Below, one piece after another: positions 1 to 8,625 of a stretch of DNA of 24,000 bases. The notes under the pieces were generated by a model. That model was not told where the DNA came from. It made no database searches and was given only the letters and a program-made list of their open reading frames with translations. The position numbers and the translations under genes were made by a program. The DNA comes from Deltaproteobacteria bacterium GWF2_42_12 (GTDB lineage Bacteria > Desulfobacterota > GWC2-55-46 > UBA9637): positions 1,195 to 25,194 of the forward strand of contig MGQA01000002.1 of NCBI GenBank assembly GCA_001797665.1, read 5' to 3'. How positions within the stretch are numbered: position 1 is the first letter of the stretch; every line of letters begins with the position of its first letter.

Positions 1-1
1 A

Positions 2-334
2 AATGCCCTACACTTTGCAAGACTGAAACTGAAAGAACTTAAGGCTCTCAAGGTTGATGCCATGGCGCTTTGCTGTCCATCCTGCTATCTGCAGTTTGAT
101 AATAACCAGAACTTGATGGAAAAAGAAGGGGAGAAATTCGGTGTTCCCATATTATATTTCACAGAGCTTCTTGGACTTGCAATGGGCTATAAACCAGAAG
201 ATTTAGGCCTTGATTCTCACAGGATTGAGGCAACAGAGTTTCTTGCGAAATGGGAAAGGCTTCACGGAGAACTCTCCCGCACTACGGATTTAAACAGACA
301 ACTGGAGGAAGGATTTGGAATCGCTCAACCCTAA
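2..334 (+). CDS. HdrB-like CCG-domain protein, C-terminal fragment (5' end outside window)
   Basis: The frame is open from the window edge to the TAA at 332-334. The product has a Cys-rich ...MALCCPSCYLQF... motif of the CCG / heterodisulfide-reductase-B type. An HdrC-like gene follows with a 20-nt overlap. Confidence 0.5.
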   Translation, partial: NALHFARLKLKELKALKVDAMALCCPSCYLQFDNNQNLMEKEGEKFGVPILYFTELLGLAMGYKPEDLGLDSHRIEATEFLAKWERLHGELSRTTDLNRQLEEGFGIAQP

Positions 335-779
335 ATTATTAGAGGTATGTTCCAGGTGCGGCGCCTGTTATCACATCTGCCCTGCTTGTCTTAATCTGGA
401 AGGCTATGATCCAAGGGCTGTCATAAAAGACATCCTTGCTGGAACATACGAAAAATGGCTTAACCATAAATCAATATGGCAGTGTCTTGAATGCCATCAC
501 TGCTTGGAGATTTGCTTCCAGCACTATGGCTTTGAAAATGCAATGACTGCAATGAGGACATTGACTGCCAAAAAAAGGATGACGCCGGTTCAGGTAAAAA
601 GGGGCTGGGACATGTTTATAAAGACAGGCAGGCTCGGCGAACCAGCAGCGCCGGCGCGGAAAAAGCTTGGGCTTCCAGAGGCTGCAAAGAGCGGCGCAGA
701 AGATTTTAAGAAGATAGTAAAGATATACCAAGAAAGAAAGGAGTCAGAAGCCAGAAGGCAGAAAACAGATGGCAAATAA
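315..779 (+). CDS. HdrC-like 2x[4Fe-4S] ferredoxin-domain protein
   Basis: TTG start at 315, preceded by GGAGGAAGG (304-312). Two CxxCxxCxxxC(P) clusters are present (CSRCGACYHICP, CLECHHCLEIC). Confidence 0.65.
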   Translation: MESLNPKLLEVCSRCGACYHICPACLNLEGYDPRAVIKDILAGTYEKWLNHKSIWQCLECHHCLEICFQHYGFENAMTAMRTLTAKKRMTPVQVKRGWDMFIKTGRLGEPAAPARKKLGLPEAAKSGAEDFKKIVKIYQERKESEARRQKTDGK

Positions 780-808
780 AAATTTCTGTATTCTGTGTTC
801 TGTATTCT
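743..808. repeat. Heptamer-periodic hairpin (left arm xxCAGAA x5, right arm TTCTGxx x3.5)
   Basis: GTCAGAA GCCAGAA GGCAGAA AACAGAT GGCAAAT, then an A/T loop, then TTCTGTA TTCTGTG TTCTGTA TTCT. The arms are largely complementary. The left arm overlaps the last codons of the HdrC-like gene. Confidence 0.7.
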
Positions 809-815
809 ATAAATT

Positions 816-1907
816 ATGAACCACAATTTCCAGAAAGATATATCCGGCTGTGGTCTGGTTGGTATTATCAACAGAGACGGCAAGAGGATTAGCGGAAGCT
901 TTGCATGCAATTCGTTGTGCCTTATGAATGACAGGGGAAACGGGCTTGGCGCAGGGTATGCCGCCTATGGCATATACCCTGAATACAAAGACCTCTACGC
1001 CTTTCATATCATGTATGATGAATTGGGCGCAAAAACAGATACAGAGGAATATCTAAAAAAGAACTACCATATAGAGAAAAAAGAACCAATGCCTACTGCA
1101 TCTGTGCCAACAATAAAAATTCATCCAATTATCTGGCGGTACTTTATAAAACCATTACCAGAAAAGGCTGAACGAGAACTGGCAAATCTGGGAGACGATG
1201 ACTTTGTGGTACATACAGTGATGAAGATAAATTCTGAGATAGATGGCGCATATGTATTTTCCAGCGGCAAAAATATGGGGGCGTTTAAAGGCGTCGGGAT
1301 GCCGATAGAGATAGCAAGATTCTTTAGGCTTGAGGAGTATGAGGGTTATATATGGACAGCGCATACGCGATTCCCAACAAACACGCCTGGCTGGTGGGGA
1401 GGAGCGCATCCATTCACCCTTTTAGATTGGTCAATTGTCCACAACGGCGAGATATCATCGTATGGAATAAATAAGAGATACCTCGAAATGTATGGCTATA
1501 AGCTCACCCTTTTGACAGATACAGAGGTTGTTGCGTATCTCTTTGACCTTATGGTCAGGAAACATGGCCTTGATACTGCCACTGCATGCACAGTCCTTGC
1601 AGCGCCATTCTGGAAGAGGATTGATGATATGCCGGAAGATGAAAAAGAGGCCATGACTGCACTGAGGATGGTTTATGGCAGCGCTTTAATGAACGGTCCG
1701 TTTTCAATACTCTTTGGTCATAGCAAGGGATTAGTCGGATTTAATGACAGGATTAAATTAAGACCCCTGATGGCAGCAACAAAGGGAAAGACTGTTTATA
1801 TGGCGAGCGAAGAATCTGCAATACGGGAAATTTGCCCAAGCCCTGAAAAGGTCTGGGCGCCAAGGGCTGGAGAGCCGGTGATTGTTGAGTTAGAGGATTC
1901 ACGCTGA
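816..1907 (+). CDS. Class II (Ntn) glutamine amidotransferase, glutamate synthase domain-1-like subunit
   Basis: N-terminal ...GCGLVGII... Cys nucleophile context and an [18 protein letters not shown] motif. It sits first in a three-gene split glutamate synthase arrangement. Confidence 0.75.
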   Translation: MNHNFQKDISGCGLVGIINRDGKRISGSFACNSLCLMNDRGNGLGAGYAAYGIYPEYKDLYAFHIMYDELGAKTDTEEYLKKNYHIEKKEPMPTASVPTIKIHPIIWRYFIKPLPEKAERELANLGDDDFVVHTVMKINSEIDGAYVFSSGKNMGAFKGVGMPIEIARFFRLEEYEGYIWTAHTRFPTNTPGWWGGAHPFTLLDWSIVHNGEISSYGINKRYLEMYGYKLTLLTDTEVVAYLFDLMVRKHGLDTATACTVLAAPFWKRIDDMPEDEKEAMTALRMVYGSALMNGPFSILFGHSKGLVGFNDRIKLRPLMAATKGKTVYMASEESAIREICPSPEKVWAPRAGEPVIVELEDSR

Positions 1908-2023
1908 AAAATGCCCATCTGCTTTGTCAGGATTGCGGGTTTGCATCCTCACATACATAAAAAGTATGCTGCGGTGCAACCCCTTATCCTTCCTCGCATC
2001 TGGGACATTTTTGAGCGTGAATC
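1896..2023. repeat. ~128-bp palindromic (MITE/REP-like) element, copy A
   Basis: The ends GATTCACGCTGAAAAATGCCCATCTGC and GCATCTGGGACATTTTTGAGCGTGAATC are inverted repeats. The left end is 26/26 identical to the reverse complement of the right end of the element at 11778-11904. Both copies share the central CTCACATAC..TATGCT core. Confidence 0.8.
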
Positions 2024-2044
2024 AGGAAAAGGTAGGAGGTTTTT

Positions 2045-3556
2045 GTGTTTAAAAGTTTGGCAGTGCCAGAATTTCTGGCTAAGATAGATCCGGTAAAATG
2101 TATACGATGCAAACGCTGCATCCAGAATTGTGGCTGGAGTGTTTATTCATGGGGCGGCGACAAGGTCCTCATTGACACATTTAAGTGCGTCAAGTGTCTA
2201 CGATGCTATCACTACTGTCCTGAGGAGGCAATTACTATAGAAGATAACCCGGTCATATACAGAAATAATGCAAACTGGGGTTATAACCATATAAGAAACA
2301 TAAAGAGGCAGGCAGAGACAGGCGGCATCCCGCTTACTGGTATGGGAAGCGATCTGCCCTACCCTATCCTCTTTGACCACCTTTTAATAGATGCATGTCA
2401 GGTCACCAACCCATCCATTGACCCGTTAAGAGAGCCAATGGAGCTGAGAACTTATCTCGGCAAAAAACCTGCAAGGCTTGAGTTTGATAAAGGTCCTGAT
2501 GGCAAACTCAGACTAAAGACCAAGATGCCTCCGCAGATAAAGCTGGAAATGCCGTTTATATTTGCGCCAATGAGCTATGGCTCGATAAGCCTCAATGCCC
2601 AGAAAACCATTGCAATGGCTGCAAAGGAACTGGGGATTGTTATGAATACAGGCGAAGGCGGACTGCATGAGGAAATCTATCCATACCGTAGTAATGTTAT
2701 CGTTCAGGTTGCATCCGGAAGATTTGGTGTAAATCCTGATTATCTGAACGCAGGCGTTGCTGTTGAAATAAAGATAGGCCAGGGGGCGAAACCAGGCATA
2801 GGCGGTCATCTGCCAGGGGAAAAGATTCCGCTGGATATTGCAAAGACAAGGATGATACCTGTTGGCACAGATGCGCTTTCCCCTGCGCCGCAGCATGATA
2901 TCTACTCGATAGAGGATTTAAGACAGCTTATCTATGCGCTTAAGGAAGCGACCAATTATACAAAACCTGTTTCCGTAAAAATTGCAGCAGTGCATAATGT
3001 GGCGGCCATTGCATCTGGTATTGTCAGGGCAGGCGCGGATATTGTTTATATTGATGGATTCAGGGGCGGCACAGGCGCAGCGCCTGTCATTATCCGCGAC
3101 CACCTCGGTATACCAATAGAACATGCCATCGCAGCAGTTGATGATAGACTCAGACAGGAAGGTATCAGAAACGAGGCATCCATCATAGCAGCAGGCGGCA
3201 TACGGAGCAGCGCAGATGCTGCAAAGGCCATTGCCCTCGGCGCTGATGCAGTAGCCCTGGGAACTTCGGCGCTCATTACCATGGGCTGTACGGTATGTGG
3301 CAAATGCTATACAGGCAACTGTAGCTGGGGCATCACAACCCAGAGACCTGAGCTTACGGTAAGGCTTGATCCTGAGGTATATGCAGAAAGATTGATAAAT
3401 CTTATTCATGCATGGAGTCACGAATTGAAAGAGATACTCGGCGCACTCGGTGTCAATGCGATTGAGTCCTTAAGAGGCAGCCGTGAAAGGCTCCGTGGAG
3501 TTGGGCTTGATAGCCAGACACTGGACATACTTGGGGTGAAACCAGCAGGAAGGTAA
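2045..3556 (+). CDS. FMN-dependent glutamate synthase domain-2-like subunit with N-terminal 2x[4Fe-4S] ferredoxin domain
   Basis: GTG start after GGTAGGAGG. Contains CIRCKRCIQNC and CVKCLRCYHYCP clusters, plus the GEGG and IKIGQGAKPGIGGHLPG motifs typical of the GltB FMN domain. Confidence 0.8.
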   Translation: MFKSLAVPEFLAKIDPVKCIRCKRCIQNCGWSVYSWGGDKVLIDTFKCVKCLRCYHYCPEEAITIEDNPVIYRNNANWGYNHIRNIKRQAETGGIPLTGMGSDLPYPILFDHLLIDACQVTNPSIDPLREPMELRTYLGKKPARLEFDKGPDGKLRLKTKMPPQIKLEMPFIFAPMSYGSISLNAQKTIAMAAKELGIVMNTGEGGLHEEIYPYRSNVIVQVASGRFGVNPDYLNAGVAVEIKIGQGAKPGIGGHLPGEKIPLDIAKTRMIPVGTDALSPAPQHDIYSIEDLRQLIYALKEATNYTKPVSVKIAAVHNVAAIASGIVRAGADIVYIDGFRGGTGAAPVIIRDHLGIPIEHAIAAVDDRLRQEGIRNEASIIAAGGIRSSADAAKAIALGADAVALGTSALITMGCTVCGKCYTGNCSWGITTQRPELTVRLDPEVYAERLINLIHAWSHELKEILGALGVNAIESLRGSRERLRGVGLDSQTLDILGVKPAGR

Positions 3557-3564
3557 AATAAAAA

Positions 3565-3643
3565 TTCAAAATGCAAAGTGCAAATTGCAAAATTTAAAAA
3601 AGTCTTTTTTAATTTGCAATTTGCAATTTTCACTTTGCAATGG
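3565..3643. repeat. Heptamer-periodic hairpin (TGCAAAx / xTTTGCA arms)
   Basis: AAAATGC AAAGTGC AAATTGC AAAATTT, loop AAAAAAGTCTTTTTT, then AATTTGC AATTTGC AATTTTC ACTTTGC. It forms an imperfect ~35-bp stem inside the glutamate synthase operon and ends at the RBS of the next gene. Confidence 0.7.
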
Positions 3644-3654
3644 AGCGAAGCGAC

Positions 3655-4392
3655 ATGCTTACCATAGATGCAAAAGGGATTTATTACAGAGATTTGAATA
3701 ATAAAGTGCGTGAGGCTGTTGCCAAAGGAGAAAAGGAAATCTTCCTAAAAAATATCAATGGCCAGTACTATATAGGCGATGGATTGAGGGGGGACGTGAA
3801 AATTACCATAGAGGGTGTGCCAGGGAACGACCTTGCGGCGTTCATGGATGGCCCTACTATTATAATAAAGAACAATGCCCAGGACAATATTGCTAACACA
3901 ATGAACAGCGGAAAGGTAATTGTGCATGGTGACGCCGGCGATGTGCTTGGATACGGGATGAGAGGCGGAAAACTGCATATTCGCGGCAATGTTGGATACA
4001 GGGTTGGCATACACATGAAAGGTTATAAAAAACAAAACCCTATTATTATTGCGGGCGGCAAGGCTGGAGATTTTTTTGGCGAATACATGGCAGGCGGCGT
4101 ATTAATCCTCCTGGGCCTTGATGGCGACAATAAAAGGCCGTTGGTTGGGGATTACCTTGGCACAGGCATGCATGGCGGCGTGATATTTATAAGAGGCGAT
4201 GTGGATAAAAAAGGGTGCGGCGCTGAGGTTGGAATTACAGATTTAAACGAAGAGGACAAAAAATTTCTCAAGGAACATTTAGAGGATTATTGCAAAGACT
4301 TTAACCTTAAAACCGAAGATATAATGAAATCCGGTTTTAAGAAGCTGACACCTGCCTCCCTCCGACCATATGGAAATTTATATGCCTATTAA
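3655..4392 (+). CDS. GXGXG-motif protein, glutamate synthase domain-3-like subunit
   Basis: Repeated G-x-G-x-G beta-helix motifs (GDAGDVLGYGMRGGKLHIRGNVGYRVG). The ATG at 3655 has GGAG 9 nt upstream. The in-frame ATG at 3640 has no SD. Confidence 0.75.
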   Translation: MLTIDAKGIYYRDLNNKVREAVAKGEKEIFLKNINGQYYIGDGLRGDVKITIEGVPGNDLAAFMDGPTIIIKNNAQDNIANTMNSGKVIVHGDAGDVLGYGMRGGKLHIRGNVGYRVGIHMKGYKKQNPIIIAGGKAGDFFGEYMAGGVLILLGLDGDNKRPLVGDYLGTGMHGGVIFIRGDVDKKGCGAEVGITDLNEEDKKFLKEHLEDYCKDFNLKTEDIMKSGFKKLTPASLRPYGNLYAY

Positions 4393-4394
4393 AA

Positions 4395-4466
4395 GTAGGC
4401 AGTAGGGTAGAGGCGATAGGCAATAGGAAAAACCCCATAGCCTATAGCCCATTGCCCATAGCCTGC
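4395..4466. repeat. Heptamer-periodic hairpin between convergent genes (probable bidirectional terminator)
   Basis: GTAGGCA GTAGGGT AGAGGCG ATAGGCA ATAGG, loop AAAAA, then CCCCATAGC CTATAGC CCATTGC CCATAGC CTGC. It fills the 77-nt gap between the stops at 4392 (+) and 4470 (-). Confidence 0.6.
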
Positions 4467-4469
4467 TCT

Positions 4470-6446
4470 TTATATTTTCGTAATATTCATCGGAAGCCTG
4501 AAGGTGAAGTTACTCCCCTTGCCAAATTCGCTCTCAACCCTGATACTACCGCCCTGCATTTCTACATACCTTTTTACAAGGACAAGACCAAGACCAGTTC
4601 CCTCCTGATCTCCGGTTGAGACCTGTTTAAATTCTTTGAATATGCTGCCCATATCTTCCCTTTTGATACCTACACCAGTATCAATCACCGAAACCTGAAG
4701 ATAATAGTTGTTGGACTTAACCTTAATGCTGACATGGCCGCCTTCCTGGGTAAATTTCACAGCATTGCTGATAAGATTATACATTATCTGCTTAAACATC
4801 CTTATATCAGCCACGATAGTATAAACATCAGGTGCTATTTCAACATCAATAGGTATTTTCTTCTTTATAGCCAAAGGAGTCACTATAGCGCATGCCTCTT
4901 TTATTCCATTGGAAACTAAAAAATCTTCTGGTTTTATCTCCATCTTTCCTGCCTCAATCTTTGACAGGTCAAGGATGTCATTTATTATATCGAGAAGATG
5001 TTTACCGCTCCGATAAATATACCCTATATATTCAGATTGCTTTTCATTCAGATCTCCACAAACCTTATCGTGGAGCAGCTCTGAAAATCCCAAAATGGAA
5101 TTAAGCGGCGTCCTCAGCTCGTGAGATACATTTGTGAGAAATTCTGACTTAAGACGGCTCATTACTTCCATCTCTTGATAGCCTTTTCTCAAAAACCCTG
5201 TCCTCTCCGAAATACGCTGTTCAAGTTCAGAATGTGTCTTGTTAATTTTTTCCACCATCTGATTGAATTTATTTGCAAGCTCCTCTATCTCATCATGTGT
5301 CTTAATATGGATACGGTGGTTTAAATTGCCTTCCCCAATTATCTCAACCCCTTGCCGAAGCGTCTCTATCGGCTTCACAATCTTTCTTGCCGCCCAGAAT
5401 CCCATAGCAGAGAGTATTAAAATAGAGAATATCAGTAGAAAAAAAACCCTCTTTAGCAAAACATAAATAGGGGCATAACTTTCATCCGGTGATTGACTGA
5501 CAAAGATATACCATTTGTTTCCATCAAAGGCATTCTTTACAATATCGGTCGTTGCAATAGGGGCAAATCCCGCAACAGCATTAATGCCTTCATGGGCATT
5601 ATCCTTAACAACCGCCCAGCCAAGTAACGGCGCTGTGGTAATATTATTCATCAGCTCGTCAGTAACCCTGTGAACCTGAGGCGGGAATATAGGACACAGG
5701 AGGATAATCCCAACGGAATTTATAAGCATTGCATGGCCTGTTTTTCCAATTCTGAATTTCTGCACTATCTTCGAAATCTTATCTATGGTACTAACTGCAC
5801 GAATAACTCCCAGCACCTTTCCTTCTTTCTCAGACATAATTGGCACTGCAACACTTTGTAGGAACTGATTGATATCAGGGTCAAGGTATATCTCGCTTAT
5901 GTAAATATCTCCTTTACCTTTATTATAGGCTGTCTGCCACCACTTCTCACTGCCATAGTATAAATACTTTGTCTTTCCTGCGGAGGCAACTAATACCCCT
6001 TTTGTGTCGGTTATAAAAAGCTCAACGTATCCCTCTGTATTTTTCTTTATTTCTGCTAAGTATTGCGCAGCCCGACTGGATACATACGCCCCAAAACGTT
6101 TTTCCTTGTCTCCATGCTGCAACCACTGCATATCAATTTTCTGGATATGCCTCTCTATTGACCCCTTATCTTTACCTGTATAGGATTCATTTGCTAATAT
6201 CGCTGCATTTCTTAAGACCGGTGAAATAGCAAGGCTTTTAACATCGTGAACAGATTGCTCCATAACAATTTCGGCGTTACTCGCTATCTCTTTAGCTACT
6301 CGCGCAAAATTTTCACCCGCACTTACTCTAAGCTCCCTCACCCCCTGCAGATAAACTAAAAGTATGCTTATCATGACAGGAAACATCCCTACGACAAATA
6401 TAAAAATGGCTATCCTGCGTTGAATCCCCTTTTTATGTATCTTCAT
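4470..6446 (-). CDS. Sensor histidine kinase (TM - Cache-like periplasmic domain - TM - HAMP - HisKA - HATPase_c)
   Basis: H-box SHELRTPLNSILGFSELL, G-box GTGLGLVLVKRYVEMQGG and a HAMP segment (IVKPIETLRQGVEIIGEGNLNHRI...). Two hydrophobic segments flank a ~300-aa extracytoplasmic region. Confidence 0.85.
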   Translation of the reverse strand: MKIHKKGIQRRIAIFIFVVGMFPVMISILLVYLQGVRELRVSAGENFARVAKEIASNAEIVMEQSVHDVKSLAISPVLRNAAILANESYTGKDKGSIERHIQKIDMQWLQHGDKEKRFGAYVSSRAAQYLAEIKKNTEGYVELFITDTKGVLVASAGKTKYLYYGSEKWWQTAYNKGKGDIYISEIYLDPDINQFLQSVAVPIMSEKEGKVLGVIRAVSTIDKISKIVQKFRIGKTGHAMLINSVGIILLCPIFPPQVHRVTDELMNNITTAPLLGWAVVKDNAHEGINAVAGFAPIATTDIVKNAFDGNKWYIFVSQSPDESYAPIYVLLKRVFFLLIFSILILSAMGFWAARKIVKPIETLRQGVEIIGEGNLNHRIHIKTHDEIEELANKFNQMVEKINKTHSELEQRISERTGFLRKGYQEMEVMSRLKSEFLTNVSHELRTPLNSILGFSELLHDKVCGDLNEKQSEYIGYIYRSGKHLLDIINDILDLSKIEAGKMEIKPEDFLVSNGIKEACAIVTPLAIKKKIPIDVEIAPDVYTIVADIRMFKQIMYNLISNAVKFTQEGGHVSIKVKSNNYYLQVSVIDTGVGIKREDMGSIFKEFKQVSTGDQEGTGLGLVLVKRYVEMQGGSIRVESEFGKGSNFTFRLPMNITKI

Positions 6447-7634
6447 TTAAATACTTTTTTTATCCTCGCCTATATTCCTGCCTATGCCTACAAGACCGAT
6501 AATATTGCCAGTCCTGTCCTCAAGACGCGAGAGCGTAAGACTTACGCGTATGATATCACCGCTTTTCTTCATAAGCTGCGCATCATAACCGGATATCTCT
6601 CCGTCCTCGATTACCTTCTTTCTTATCCGCTTATACTCACTCTTATTGACAAAAATATCTCCTATCTTGATTCCGCCAAGGTCTTCCTTGACATAGCCCA
6701 GTATGTTTTCAGCCCCTCTGTTAAACTGCACTATCTCATCATAGAGGGTTGTTGTGATAATCATATCTCCCGAATGTTCAAGAATATTTTCAAGGTATTC
6801 CTTTGTCTTTTCCAGCTCTGCTGTCCTTTCATCCACCATGGTCTCAAGCTCTTTGTTATACTTTTCAATCTGTTCCCTTGAGCTTTTTAATTCAACCAGC
6901 ATCTGATTGAACGAAGCAACTAATTCCCCGATTTCATCTGCAGACGACTTCTCCACCATTTTATCCAAATCGCCTTTCGCAACACTGGCAGCGGACATGG
7001 ATAATGCCCTTATTGGCGTAGTAATCTTTTGAGAAATATAAATAGATATTCCTATTCCCGCCAAAATAGCGATTATCGAAAATGTCAGAATCTGTTGCAG
7101 GCCCTTCCTCATATTATCGTTAGTCATAATAGTAACGTTATCCAGTGAGCGCCATGCCTCATCATACAGTCCATCAACACTGCTGATTATAACTGGCTTG
7201 GCCTTGTCCAATTCCTTGAGCACGCCAACGAGATTTGTGTTCCGCAAAGCTGCTGTCCACTTTAAGGATTGCTCTGTTAGATTTTGTATAGAGTCAAATT
7301 CAGCATCTACTTTTTCCAAGAAATCCTTTTCATGCTCCTTGAGTCGCAGTTTACGGACATACAAAAGCTTTTTTTTCACATCAAGCGTTAGAGAGCGATA
7401 ATAACCCACATCCTGAATCTGCCCTCTTACTAACGAATCACTGACATCAACAAATTGTTTAACAGACTGCCGCAAGCTGTTAACCGTGTCATATTTATGG
7501 GCAGAAACAAGTATTTGATTTACTGTTTTGTTGACATTAACAAGTGTGATATATGCGAAGATACTCACCATAATCATAAAGATTAGGACTGCTATATACC
7601 CAATCATTAATTTTGCCCTTATTGTCACCTTCAA
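6447..7634 (-). CDS. Membrane sensor protein: four-helix-bundle-like N-domain - HAMP - PAS, no output domain
   Basis: N-terminal TM segment, then a HAMP segment (TPIRALSMSAASVAKGDLDKMVEKSSADEIGELVASFNQMLVEL), a coiled coil and a C-terminal PAS-like domain. Its TAA stop (6447-6449) directly abuts the kinase ATG (6444-6446). Confidence 0.7.
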   Translation of the reverse strand: MKVTIRAKLMIGYIAVLIFMIMVSIFAYITLVNVNKTVNQILVSAHKYDTVNSLRQSVKQFVDVSDSLVRGQIQDVGYYRSLTLDVKKKLLYVRKLRLKEHEKDFLEKVDAEFDSIQNLTEQSLKWTAALRNTNLVGVLKELDKAKPVIISSVDGLYDEAWRSLDNVTIMTNDNMRKGLQQILTFSIIAILAGIGISIYISQKITTPIRALSMSAASVAKGDLDKMVEKSSADEIGELVASFNQMLVELKSSREQIEKYNKELETMVDERTAELEKTKEYLENILEHSGDMIITTTLYDEIVQFNRGAENILGYVKEDLGGIKIGDIFVNKSEYKRIRKKVIEDGEISGYDAQLMKKSGDIIRVSLTLSRLEDRTGNIIGLVGIGRNIGEDKKSI

Positions 7635-7655
7635 CGTCGTTACCTCCCGTTACCC

Positions 7656-8246
7656 TTATTTAAAATCCACTATAGCATCTTTCCCCTTTTCAACAGTCAC
7701 CGTATAAGAAGGGCTTACTTTCCTCTTATACCACATTTTGAAATCATAAACCCCCGGAGGCGCATCCTTTATCTCATACCTCCCCTGCTTGTCAGGGATA
7801 GCAAAATACGGATTCTGCAAAACCAGTATATAGCCCTCCATATCAGGATGGATGTTGCATAATAATGCTACCTCTCCGAGACGGTCAAATGTAAATGATC
7901 TCACTACTCCCTTGGGATAGGTGCCGAGATTAAATTTGTGCCCTGCCCATGACGGAGTAAAGATATTATTGAGCACATCATCGCTATTATGAAAATCAAC
8001 AGTAGTTCCTATGAGAATAGGAAGAACATACGGAACAAATATCAGTTCAATCTGGTCCATAACCGGATGCTTCTCTGGCGGTATAAATCCCCCTGGAGCT
8101 TTTTCGACATAAATAACTACTTTCCCCGCATCATCTTCACTCTTTAGCTTGACGGTTCCTCTAATAGTCTCGGCATGCGATATGCAGCTCAAAATAAGCA
8201 CTATTGCGCATGCGGCTAAATATCTCAACCGCAGAAGCGCTTTCAT
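7656..8246 (-). CDS. Secreted cupredoxin-like protein with C-terminal carboxypeptidase-regulatory-like beta-sandwich
   Basis: Signal peptide MKALLRLRYLAACAIVLILSCISHA from the ATG at 8246; the longer ORF from 8342 is unlikely. Candidate type-1 copper ligands are FHNSD ... LLCNIHPDM (H, C-x2-H-x2-M). Confidence 0.6.
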   Translation of the reverse strand: MKALLRLRYLAACAIVLILSCISHAETIRGTVKLKSEDDAGKVVIYVEKAPGGFIPPEKHPVMDQIELIFVPYVLPILIGTTVDFHNSDDVLNNIFTPSWAGHKFNLGTYPKGVVRSFTFDRLGEVALLCNIHPDMEGYILVLQNPYFAIPDKQGRYEIKDAPPGVYDFKMWYKRKVSPSYTVTVEKGKDAIVDFK

Positions 8247-8422
8247 CTGCAACGGCACAATCGCATACTTACCACTCCTGTCAAAAAATGCAACTGCATT
8301 TTTTGAGTTAAACAGTTTCTTGCTTATGTCTATTAAAATCATAGATGCTTCCCCCAGGTCTATGAGAAAGTATTATTGAAAAATTGAGGTGTTGTCATTG
8401 TATGGCGCTACAAGTATATTTT

Positions 8423-8579
8423 ACCCCGTTAGAGAAAGCCTCCGACTCCTCCGCCTGAGGCGGACGGTAGTATAAATCATTCCTTAGAGACGGTAGTTCA
8501 CCCCGTAAGAGACCAGAGGTCTTACGGTGGGCGCTGCCACTATCTTTGGTCGTTAGGAAACATAGTTCTCTAACGGGGT
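8423..8579. repeat. 157-bp element bounded by perfect 14-bp inverted repeats (candidate MITE or structured RNA)
   Basis: ACCCCGTTAGAGAA (8423-8436) is the exact reverse complement of TTCTCTAACGGGGT (8566-8579). Internal hairpins include CCGCC-TGA-GGCGG and CCGTAAGAGACC-AGA-GGTCTTACGG. Confidence 0.55.
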
Positions 8580-8625
8580 TTACACGGCATTCTCGCAGAG
8601 CGAATTGGCATAAGAAAATGTTGGC

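Noticed and set aside
2198-4035. Multiple 60-167-aa minus-strand ORFs inside the glutamate synthase genes
   Set aside because: They are antisense to strongly motif-supported genes, Cys/Ala-rich and low-complexity, with no RBS.
7656-8342. Full 228-aa version of the cupredoxin-like ORF starting at 8342
   Set aside because: The first 32 residues precede a clear signal peptide that begins at the internal ATG (8246), so the longer form would bury the signal peptide.
8380-8625. Possible tRNA, riboswitch or other named RNA in the structured intergenic region
   Set aside because: I could not recognise a cloverleaf, anticodon arm or any known riboswitch core by eye. It is reported only as an unclassified inverted-repeat element.
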